NCBI GenBank assembly: GCA_963847445.1
Contig: CAWJZV010000034.1
Coordinates: 96,001-160,000, forward strand
Direction of reading: 5' to 3'
Source: an uncultured delta proteobacterium
Lineage (GTDB): Bacteria; Desulfobacterota; Binatia; UBA9968
Length of the DNA stretch: 64,000 nucleotides
This document shows, piece by piece, positions 45,171-54,007 of this stretch (position 1 is its first letter; every line of letters begins with the position of its first letter). A model generated the notes under the pieces. The model was not told the DNA's origin. It did no database searches and was given only the letters and a program-made list of their open reading frames with translations. The translations under genes were made by a program, and so were the position numbers.

Positions 45171-46245
45171 CTAACGAGCGCCGGGGAACATTTCCCGATA
45201 CCGGTTGCCGATCGCTTGATAGCGTCTTCCTATATCGAAAATATCCGGCATGCGCACGTCCTGGCCTTCGAGTCAGCTGGCTCTCGGGAGACTTAACTTT
45301 GGTGTGCGCGGGCATGCGATTGGTGCTGACGATAATTTTTTGGCCTTCTTCCGAGAGCAAATAGTCGGTGAACAAAGCGCCGGCGAAGGGATGGGGCGCG
45401 CTGGCGTTCACGAACACCAGGCTCGGCGTCGAGAAAGTAGGGCGGCGCCGGGGCGAACCAGAGCGGCGCGCCTTGACGGCTCAGGCTCAGAACCGAGTTC
45501 AAATTGGTTTCGACGGCCATGTCGAATTCGCCGGCGGCGACCAGTTGGCGTCATCAGCCGGCGGCCGCGCGGTGCGCAGGTTTTGCTCGTTTAAGCGCTT
45601 CATAAAGCGCTAGACCGGCTGTCTTCGCCGAGGTATTGCAACATGGTGCCGAACCAGACGTAGGACTGGCTGTCCATCGCCAGTTTGTTTTTCCAGCGGG
45701 GCTTCAAGCAGATCTTCGACGCTGCGCGGCGCTTCGTCTTTTTTTACCTGACGGGTGTTGTAGACGCTGACCATGACGTTGTTCATGTAGGCGGTCCACA
45801 GGCCGTCTTTGTCCTTGAAGCCGTCGCGGTAATGGTTCGCGTTCCGGCGAGCGGTAGCGGCCGAAGATGTGTTCTTTCGAGCAAGGCGAGCACGCCGAGT
45901 TGGCCGCTGAGGACGACATCGGAGAGCGGCTTCCCGCGCGGGCTTCCGCTTCGACCCGGGTGATGATCGCGGCGCCGGAAATATGCACGCTGGTGGCTTT
46001 AACGCCGGGATATGCGTTTCATGAAGCCGTCGGTGAGCGGCTTCATGGCGCTGACATCCATGTTGGCGTAGATGACCGCTTCACCTTCGGCCTTGGCGCC
46101 CTCCAGCAATTTCTGCTGGCGTTCCGCCGCCGGCAGTTTCTCCAACACGGCGAGCTTGGCATCGACGCTCTGCGCGTTTGATTCCAGTGGTGTCAGTAAA
46201 AGTGCCGCAACCAGCGAGTATCACCGGAAAGAATTCGCAGTTCAT
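45171..46245 (-). CDS. Extracellular solute-binding protein; several frameshifts
   Basis: LEGAKAEGEAVIYANM, DLLEAPLEK region (DLL.P.WK), APHPFAGALFTDYLLSEEGQ; ATGA overlap with upstream gene. Confidence 0.75.
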
Positions 46246-47238
46246 TTTCGCCCCGCAATGCCGAGTTCTTTGTGAACTTCCCGCAGCAAGGAAAAGTCGA
46301 CGAGCTGCGCCAATGGCGGGCTAGCCGGCAGCTTCAACGGCTGGGTGATGGTTAGATCAATATTCTTGCGCATGGCGTCGTCGGTGGCGCCGCCGGGGTT
46401 CTGGGCGTCGATGGCTTTGATGCAAACATTCGCCGCGCCCTCGATGACGTCGCGCGCGATGGGCGAAATCGGCCTGGGCAAACTTATAGGTTTCTTCTTT
46501 GCGCGTGAGCATCAATTGCAGGCTCTTGACCATGGCGCGGGTCCAGCGTTTGAGTTTATCGCGCCGATTCGCCAGAAGCGCGTCAGAGGTCGAGTAACCC
46601 GCCCAGGGCCAGGGCGCCCATGTCGGCCAGCACGCCGAGTTCGGTGAAGCCCTGCTTCTTCATGATGTACGCCGCGTCGGGATTGAAGGCGCGCGCCTGG
46701 ATGATGCCATTGCGCATGGCGACGATGGAAGTCTCGGCGCCGCCGATGGTCATGAACGTCACGTCTTTTTTCGGGTCCATGCCGTGATGCTGCAAGACCA
46801 TCGAGGCGGCGACTTCGGTGGTGGCGCCGGGGCCGGTGGTGCCGATGACTTTGCCTTTTAGATCTTGCACGCGCTTGATGTTGGGCGCGCCCATCAAGAC
46901 GAACAGCGATTTGTCATAGGGGAAAAAGTTCGCCTTCAAGGGCGCGCCGCGCGCCGCCGCGCGCATGGACGAACCGGCGATGCCGGCGACATCGATCTCG
47001 CCGGCTAGAAGTGCGGTGACGACGACGTTGCTATTGACCACGATCCACTGGATTTCCAAATTCTCCTGGGCGAACAGACCGGCGCGTATGCCGACGAACA
47101 ACGGCAGGTAGCCGAAATCTTTGGTCGACAAAGCGACGCGGAACTGCTCGGCGTGGCTGTTGCTTGCGAGCCGACGAGAAGCGTTGCGAGCCACGCGATA
47201 ATGACAATGTTATGAGATAGCGGTGACTGTTGTTTCAT
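46242..47238 (-). CDS. ABC-type substrate-binding protein, NitT/TauT family; frameshifted
   Basis: Signal peptide, GLFAQENLEI, ALLAGEIDV, DLKGKVIGTTGPG, LVDFSLLREV. Confidence 0.82.
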
Positions 47239-47268
47239 AGCGCTTTGGGGGATGTTGGATCGGATTGT

Positions 47269-47346
47269 CTCGCGCCAAGTCGCAAAGAACGCAAAGGCAA
47301 GAATTACGATTCCGAACTTAGCGATCCTTGGCGTGCTTTCGCGGGA
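47269..47346. repeat. 9-bp-period inverted element, CGCnAAG type
   Basis: ctcgcgccaagtcgcaaagaacgcaaag ... cttagcgatccttggcgtgctttcgcgggag. Confidence 0.65.
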
Positions 47347-47351
47347 GTGTC

Positions 47352-48302
47352 TTAATCAATGTATCCCTTCTCGCGGAAGTATTTTTTCGCTCCCGGATGG
47401 AGCGGGATGTTTAATTGTCCAGCTTCGCCGCCGCGGCAAAACTCGCGAATGGTCATGGGCCGTTTGTCGAAATGATCGACGGGGATATGTTTGTGGCAAA
47501 GGTCGACGGCTCTGGCCATGTGGTAGGCGACCTTGTCCGACAAATCGGCGTGGCAAAAAAATGTCCAGCCGCTGAAATCGACGCAGCGAATCGGCTTGTC
47601 CAACTTGGGATAATGCTTGCGCGTCAGCATGGCGCTGGGAAAGCCGAGCTTGGCCATATGTTTGACCGCGTTGTCGTTGATCGGCAAAAAGCGCATGCCG
47701 GCTTTGAGCGCCGTCGGTCCCCAGCTCTTCACGCCTTCGTCAAAGACTGCGTCAGCGTTGCCGGATAGAATCGCGTCGCGCCGCTCCGGTCCGCTCGGGT
47801 TGGGCGCTTCCATGATCTTGCCGCCCCATTTCTCAATGTCTTTGTAACTCATGCCGTAGGCTTTGAGCACTTCTTCGATGGCATAGATTGTCGTGGCCAG
47901 CTTGCCGCGCCGGCGCGTCGAGATGCGCAGGGGATATTTCTGCTTCTTGATGTCTTCGAGCGACTGGATGCCGGTGTCCGTGCGCACGGCGAAGATCAAG
48001 CGGTCCCAGGTCGGAAAGACGCCGATGGCGCGCAGCGGGATTTTCTTCTTGTAAAAACCGCAGCCGAGATAAGCCATCGCCGACAGGCCCACCGGATTGC
48101 CGAAGCCGAAAGAGTATTTCTTCTTGCCGACCAGGATCGCCGGCCCGGTGCCGCCCAACTCGGAGTCGCGCCAGCCCATGGCGATGTCGAGTTGCGATTG
48201 GCGCGGCAGCTCGATGCTATTGAAAAATGTATAGCCGACGACGTTGGCGATATCGACGCGCTTGGAGGTTGCGGCGATGGAGAGTTTAATCGGTTTGTCC
48301 AT
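47352..48302 (-). CDS. TAXI-family TRAP solute-receptor-like protein without signal peptide
   Basis: DTGIQSLEDI, GNADAVFD, IPLHPGAKKYFREKG. Confidence 0.8.
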   Translation of the reverse strand: MDKPIKLSIAATSKRVDIANVVGYTFFNSIELPRQSQLDIAMGWRDSELGGTGPAILVGKKKYSFGFGNPVGLSAMAYLGCGFYKKKIPLRAIGVFPTWDRLIFAVRTDTGIQSLEDIKKQKYPLRISTRRRGKLATTIYAIEEVLKAYGMSYKDIEKWGGKIMEAPNPSGPERRDAILSGNADAVFDEGVKSWGPTALKAGMRFLPINDNAVKHMAKLGFPSAMLTRKHYPKLDKPIRCVDFSGWTFFCHADLSDKVAYHMARAVDLCHKHIPVDHFDKRPMTIREFCRGGEAGQLNIPLHPGAKKYFREKGYID

Positions 48303-48338
48303 TGTTTTTTGTTCTCTTGAGGGTTGTTGCTTGAACGG

Positions 48339-48408
48339 GTCGAGGATGGACGATCGAGGATGGATGATGGCACTATTCGATCCTCTATCCTCCATCATCG
48401 ATCTCGCG
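48339..48408. repeat. 7-bp-period inverted element, GAGGATC/GATCCTC type
   Basis: tcgaggatggacgatcgaggatggatgatgg ... tcgatcctctatcctccatcatcgatc. Confidence 0.75.
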
Positions 48409-48410
48409 AT

Positions 48411-48851
48411 TTAAACCGCCTGCCGTGTGCGCCGGCCGCCGGGGCGGGCAAAGTGCAGTTCGAGATAGTTGCCTTCGGAGTCGAACATGTAGATCGTGTT
48501 GCCGCTGTCACGTTCGACGCTGCGGTGGAATTTGCCGAGCTCCTTGGCTTGTTTCATCGCTGCGTCATAGTCTTCCCAGGCCAAACTGAAGGCTTGGTGG
48601 GTAATGCCATCTTGGTCGACGGCGTCGCGGTTGAGCGGTCGCGGTCGGGCAAACAGCACGACGTCATATTCGCCGCAGCGCAGACGGTCGAGTTTTTGCG
48701 CCACGCCATGAACGGGAAATGAATCCGGGTTGCTCGGATTGCCGCCGACCCGGCCGAGATAGTCCATGCCCAATACGTTGGTGTAAAACTCTTTGGCGCG
48801 ATCCAAATCGTCGACCGGGATGCCCATGTGGTAAACCTTGGTGAGTTTCAT
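48411..48851 (-). CDS. VOC/glyoxalase-family protein
   Basis: YHMGIPVDDLDRAKEFYTNVLGM, HQAF, YMFDSEGNYLEL. Confidence 0.88.
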   Translation of the reverse strand: MKLTKVYHMGIPVDDLDRAKEFYTNVLGMDYLGRVGGNPSNPDSFPVHGVAQKLDRLRCGEYDVVLFARPRPLNRDAVDQDGITHQAFSLAWEDYDAAMKQAKELGKFHRSVERDSGNTIYMFDSEGNYLELHFARPGGRRTRQAV

Positions 48852-49413
48852 TACGTTTGTCCTTATCAAGGTCGCTGGCTCAAAACGTGCGCCGTGATCG
48901 GCGGGCGGACATGCCAATCTGCGATTTATATAACAAACCGAGGAATCTGCAAACTGCGATTGTTCAGCTCGGCTCAGTGCAGACTACCCGCTCTGCGGGT
49001 CTAAGTGATGGTCGTCGAGTCGAATTTTGAGAAATTTGGCTAGTTAAGAAAAAAGGGCAGGTGTTAATATCACGTCGGTCTAAAGAGAAAGTCCGTAAAT
49101 CAAAGGTTGACCCGGTTCCCAGCCGGTATTCACGATCGATTTTTGCGCGGGTCATCGCTCAACTCGGATGGCCTCCGATCAAATGATGATAATGGTTGAT
49201 CGAGTTCGAGCACTTGCCGAAGCAAACAATGTGATCATTCCACTGGTGGTTGTTGCAGGATGGTATTAAACCCTCATAACTTTTCCATTGTCATTAGAAG
49301 ACAATTGTAATCGGGATTCCGCCGCAGCATGGATATAGATTCAGCAGTATCGTCAGTTGCATGGATGAAGCGGTGCGCTGATGGCTCGTCTCGCTGCGCG
49401 GCTCACCGTCGCT

Positions 49414-50598
49414 TTATTCAAACTTCTCAAATGGCAGGCCGACATAGTTTTCGGCAAACACAGTTCGCCCGGCATCGGATGCGAGCAGGTAATCAAGCTC
49501 GGAAATTTGTAAACGCCTGCTCATGGGATCATCGTCGAATTTATGCAGAAGGGATGTATACCACCACGAAAAGCGGATCGCCTTCCAAACGCGGCGCAGG
49601 GCTGTTTCAGAATAACGATCGAGCAAGTCAGTTCGTTTTTCTTTATAATAGGCGGTCAAGGCGCGGGAGAGATAATAAATATCCGAAGCCGCAAGGTTCA
49701 GTCCTTTGGCGCCTGTGGGCGGGACAATGTGCGCGGCATCGCCTGCCAGGAAGAGCCGACCAAAGCGCATGGGTTCAGCGACAAAACTATGCAGGGGCGT
49801 GATGCTCATTTCGAGACGGGGACCCGTTGTAACAGAATCAGCCGCATCGGGAGGAAGGCGGCGGCGCAGTTCATCCCAAAAGGCATCGTCGCTCCAATTA
49901 TTCACTTTATCTTCGGTGTCACATTGCACATAGTAGCGACTGCGGGTGTGGGAACGCATACTGCACAACGCAAAGCCGCGTTCATGGTTGGCATAGAGCA
50001 GCTCATCCATGACAGGCGGCACATCGGAGAGAATTCCCAGCCAGCTGAACGGATAGGTTTTTTCAAAAGTTTTGATTTTATCTGCTGGAAGGCTTTGACG
50101 TGCAACGCCATGATAGCCGTCACATCCTGCGACAAAATCGCAGACGAGTTCCCCGCGTTGGCCGTTTTGCTGGTATAGGATTCGCGGGGAATCCGTATCG
50201 CATCCTTCCACGTTGATGACTGGCGCGTCGTAGTGGACCGTTCCCCCTGCCTCATCGATGTGCGCTTTCATCAGGTCGTGAGTGATTTCGGTCTGGCCGT
50301 AGACCATCACAACTTTTCCATTCGTATGTTTGGGAAAATCAAGCCGTTCCAGCCGGCCGTCAAAGGCAATATTAATGCCCTCGTGGATCAAACCCTCGCG
50401 ATCCATACGTTCGCCCGCTTTGGCTTCCCGCAGCAAATCCGCCATGCCTTGTTCAATCACACCAGCGCGAATGCGACCTAGCACATAGTCGCGGCTGCGA
50501 TTCTCGACGATCACCGTGTCAATCCCTTGCAGATGCAGCAATCTTGCAAGCAGCAGGCCCGCTGGTCCTGAACCGATGATTCCGACTTGAGTTCTCAT
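49414..50598 (-). CDS. pobA: 4-hydroxybenzoate 3-monooxygenase
   Basis: MRTQVGIIGSGPAGL, RIRAGV, VYGQTE, DFVAGCDGYHG, RSRYYVQ, AGDAAHIVPPTGAKGLNLA, AENYVGLP. Confidence 0.96.
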   Translation of the reverse strand: MRTQVGIIGSGPAGLLLARLLHLQGIDTVIVENRSRDYVLGRIRAGVIEQGMADLLREAKAGERMDREGLIHEGINIAFDGRLERLDFPKHTNGKVVMVYGQTEITHDLMKAHIDEAGGTVHYDAPVINVEGCDTDSPRILYQQNGQRGELVCDFVAGCDGYHGVARQSLPADKIKTFEKTYPFSWLGILSDVPPVMDELLYANHERGFALCSMRSHTRSRYYVQCDTEDKVNNWSDDAFWDELRRRLPPDAADSVTTGPRLEMSITPLHSFVAEPMRFGRLFLAGDAAHIVPPTGAKGLNLAASDIYYLSRALTAYYKEKRTDLLDRYSETALRRVWKAIRFSWWYTSLLHKFDDDPMSRRLQISELDYLLASDAGRTVFAENYVGLPFEKFE

Positions 50599-50701
50599 GG
50601 ACCAATTGTGGCGTGTTAAGAAACGGCAGGTTGAGCGTGGTTACGAACCTTGTCCCGTGGTCCGCAACCCGCAACGCCTGCGGGAAGCGTCCCCCGGTGA
50701 T

Positions 50702-51088
50702 TTACTTGGTCTCTCTAACGTTCGTATGGGAGCTTTCTTGGTTCCCGTCGGCAACATCCGCCGACGGGGCGCCCTGATTCAACCAAACACTAAATTCTTT
50801 CAACGAATGAGCCAACCGCCACTCGTCGAACACGGACCGAGCCATGGCGGAAGCCGGGCCGGCTAATTCACCGGCGACGCAAGTCTGAGAATAATTGAGC
50901 AGCCATGCTTCGAAGGCTTCCGGCTCAGGGTCGGCTTCGACGGCGCGATCCAGCAGCTCTCGTTTTACCGCTAGCCCGATGGCGTCGGGGGTTTGATCGC
51001 GCTTGCGTCTTTTCCGTTGCCCTTCGGACGCTTCGAGCGCAGCGAGCAACGCCTGGCAAACCTGCGCTGGGCGAACTGCCGGTGCCAC
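50702..51088 (-). CDS. Hypothetical protein, last gene of fdh operon
   Basis: 128 aa, abuts fdhE stop; LLAALEASEGQRKRRKRDQTPDAIGL...GAPSAD. Confidence 0.7.
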   Translation of the reverse strand: MAPAVRPAQVCQALLAALEASEGQRKRRKRDQTPDAIGLAVKRELLDRAVEADPEPEAFEAWLLNYSQTCVAGELAGPASAMARSVFDEWRLAHSLKEFSVWLNQGAPSADVADGNQESSHTNVRETK

Positions 51089-51975
51089 TCATGCTCTCCA
51101 AAAAGAAAATTTGTCAGTTATTTTATCGACGACCGTGACGCTGAAGCGGTAACCGGGTCCAGGGGGACGCTTGTAACCATGCTCCACCGCCGCGATATCG
51201 AGATCCACGCTGCCGAGATCGTCGAGCATAACTCTGGCCGCCGGAGTGGCCTGGAGGGTGGTGAAAGTTTTGACATAGCCGAGACAGCGCTTGCAGGCTT
51301 CGATCACGCGTGTGTTGCCACCCTGCTCCGGCACCAGCGAAAGCAACTGTTCATGGTCGGTCATGCCGCAGTACGCACAAACCAAACAGTTGCCTTGCCA
51401 CTCGCCGGCGCAGCGGCCGCAGCGAAAATAACGGCTGCGCTCGATGCCGCGCACTTCGGCGATGGCAGGCCAGCCACCGCATACGGGACAATAGCCTTCA
51501 ACCCAGCCTTGAGGCAGAGAATTCGCCCAGCGGCGATTGCAGGCGTGGAGGAAGGGCACTGGTAGCAGCGCTGTAACCGCTTGGAATGCTTCCGGGTCGG
51601 CGTGGCAGTTCACTGCGATCTGTTTTAGCGCGCTTTCATCCAGGCAAAGCGCAGCTTTGAACAGGAAAAGAGGTCATCGGTGGTCTCTTGCAGTACATCC
51701 TTGAGCGTCGCCATTTTTTCGGTGCCGCTAGCGGCTGGCGGTGTCGAGTCAGCTGTTGCGTCCAACGGCGCAGCGAATTGACTTCGAGCGCGATCGATGC
51801 GCCGGCGAGAAGCGGCACCTTGTTTTCCAGCGGCTCGGCGCGGTCCGGGATAAACGGCGTCCCATTGAGCGTCGGCGGCTTCGTTGAGGACCTCCTGAAC
51901 GACAGCGAGCCAGGGCTGCCACTCCGGCTGTTGGCGGCCGAGATCGTGGACATCGGTATCGATGGAAGCCGTCAT
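51089..51975 (-). CDS. fdhE: Formate dehydrogenase accessory protein FdhE; frameshifted
   Basis: CPVCG, CGRC..EW, CAYCG, CKRCLGYVK, DDLGSVDLDI. Confidence 0.88.
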
Positions 51976-52205
51976 CAGCGGCTAAGCGTGTCGGCCTGGC
52001 GCGCCGGAGCCAACGGCGGCGGTTGAACAGGAATGAGTTTTGGGGTTTTGTAAAAAGGGTCTGCGCCTTCATGCATGCGCACGACTTTGGTCCGGTTGCC
52101 GACGTCGGCGCCCGGACCGCCGCCGCGCGCTCGGCCGGTTTCCGGACTCGCGCAGGCGGCAAGAACGCAAATAACGGCTAGAAAGATAAGTGAAGTGTGC
52201 CCCAC
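51975..52205 (-). CDS. Small putative lipoprotein (76 aa)
   Basis: AGGAG SD, GTG start; MGHTSLIFLAVICVLAAC lipobox; stop overlaps fdhE ATG. Confidence 0.7.
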   Translation of the reverse strand: MGHTSLIFLAVICVLAACASPETGRARGGGPGADVGNRTKVVRMHEGADPFYKTPKLIPVQPPPLAPARQADTLSR

Positions 52206-52206
52206 G

Positions 52207-53113
52207 TCAAACTCCTTGAGCCGAAAAGACGATGACCAGGCGCAGAATGAAACCGCCGGCCAGGACCGCTGCGGCGGCCGCAGTGACGTTGAGATGGCCG
52301 AACCATTGTCTGCGCCAGTAGAGAGCCAAGGGAAGCAGCATGCCAACAACGATCACGCCAAAAAAGAGCAGCAGACCCCAAGCGTTCAGCCAGGCGCGAA
52401 ATACCGGTCCGAGGGAGATCATGACGGCGATGAGAACGATCAATTCCAACGCGACCACCCAGCTGTCCAAACGATGCAGCGCATTAACGCCGGGCAGCGC
52501 GCGACTCGGACCGTTGCGCCAACAGTATCATCAATGCCGCCGATATCGACGCCGCCGAAATCACGAACAGCATGCCAAGCAGCGGCGTGTCGGACCAGAT
52601 CGGTCGGTTGGTGACGGCGAGAAGAACTCCGGTATAACCGGCGACGTAGAAACCGAAGAGTCCGCCGATCACGGCGATCACCGAGCCGAGCAGGCCGGGA
52701 GGCCGCAGGCGGCGGGCCGCCGGCCGTTGCCAACGACCGTCTTCGGCAAGCGCGCTCAAGAAAGCGAGGAACGAAAAAATCCCGAAGATCGTCAGCGCCC
52801 ACGATCCCACCGACATCGGCGACCAGGGTTTGAAGATGGGTCGATAGGTGTTCGACTCGATCAGCATATGCCAAAACCGTTCGGGTCGGCTGAGGTCGAG
52901 AGTCAGCAGCAGCCCGCTGATAACGATGCAAGGAAACGAGATGTAGTATCCCAGCCGTGCCAGCGGACGGTCTTCCGGTCTGCCGAACAAATCGATCAGG
53001 ACGGCGAGAAAATAGCTTCCGCCGGCGAGGCCGCCGAAAAAAAAGTAAAAGACAATGTACCAACCCCAGTCCGGCGGCGCGCTGAAAAAAGTGCTGGAGG
53101 GGAATTGGTTCAT
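52207..53113 (-). CDS. NrfD/PsrC-family membrane anchor; frameshift near 52490
   Basis: PDWGWYIVFYFFFGGLAGG, DLSRPERFW, SPMSVGSW, YTGVLL...PIW, GGFILR. Confidence 0.9.
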
Positions 53114-53910
53114 GGTTGATCCTCCCGAGCGTTCACGCGGGCGCCGCGGTTGCGGAAATTGATGATGCCCATCAAACCGACCAGTATCGCGCCAAGGGCG
53201 GAGAACCAGGTGCCGGATTTGAGATTGCGCGTGGGCATTTTCGGATCGGGGGGCAAGCCGTAGACTTCCGGTTTGTCGACCAGCAGGTAGAACGAATTCA
53301 GCCCGCCGAGCATTTTTTCATCCGCGCCGTAAAGATAGGCTCTCTTCTCGCCCATCTGCTGGAGCTGGTCCACGCGTTTCTGCGCCCGTCCCTTCAACTC
53401 GTTTATGGTGCCGAACTGGATCGACTGTGTCGGACAGGCCTTCGAGCAGGCCGGCTCCAAGCCGCCCTGGAGGCGGTCGTAACAAAGCGTGCACTTCTGG
53501 GCGGTGCCCGAGGCCGGATTGACTTCGATGACGCCGAAAGGACAGGCCGAGATACAGTCGCGGCAGCCGTTGCAGGCGTCCGATTGGATGACCACCGTAT
53601 CGAACTCGGTGCGCACGATCGCGCCGGTCGGGCAGACTTCCAGGCACGGCGCGTTGACGCAGTGCTTGCACACGTCGCTCATCAGCAGCCAGCGGCCGTC
53701 CTTGCGGTCCTCGGTGAACTGCTCGATGAATTTCACGTGACGCCAGTGGATGCCGTCGAGCGCGCGCGTGTTGTCGTAGCTATCGCCGCTCAACGTGTTG
53801 ACGCCGCCGTTGGTGCTGGGGAGCTGGTTCCACTCTTTGCAGGCGACCTCGCACGCCTTGCAGCCGATGCAGACGGTCGTGTCGGTGTAGAAACCCATTG
53901 CCTCAGCCAT
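53110..53910 (-). CDS. fdnH: Formate dehydrogenase iron-sulfur beta subunit
   Basis: CIGCKACEVACKEWN, CKHC...CLEVCP, CNGCRDCISACP, KCTLCYDR...CSKACP; C-terminal TM helix. Confidence 0.92.
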   Translation of the reverse strand: MAEAMGFYTDTTVCIGCKACEVACKEWNQLPSTNGGVNTLSGDSYDNTRALDGIHWRHVKFIEQFTEDRKDGRWLLMSDVCKHCVNAPCLEVCPTGAIVRTEFDTVVIQSDACNGCRDCISACPFGVIEVNPASGTAQKCTLCYDRLQGGLEPACSKACPTQSIQFGTINELKGRAQKRVDQLQQMGEKRAYLYGADEKMLGGLNSFYLLVDKPEVYGLPPDPKMPTRNLKSGTWFSALGAILVGLMGIINFRNRGARVNAREDQP

Positions 53911-54007
53911 GGATCGCTCCATCATTAACCGCAGAGTCGACAAATTGCAGATTCGAGGATCGCTATCTTCTATCGTGCAATCTCGATCTTCGAATGCGCC
54001 ATAGCGC

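Noticed and set aside
36093-48408. Intergenic repeats as a CRISPR array
   Set aside because: No constant 23-47 bp repeat with unique spacers and no cas genes
48960-50700. pobA as an integron cassette or IS-borne gene
   Set aside because: No attC structure, terminal inverted repeats, transposase or integrase found
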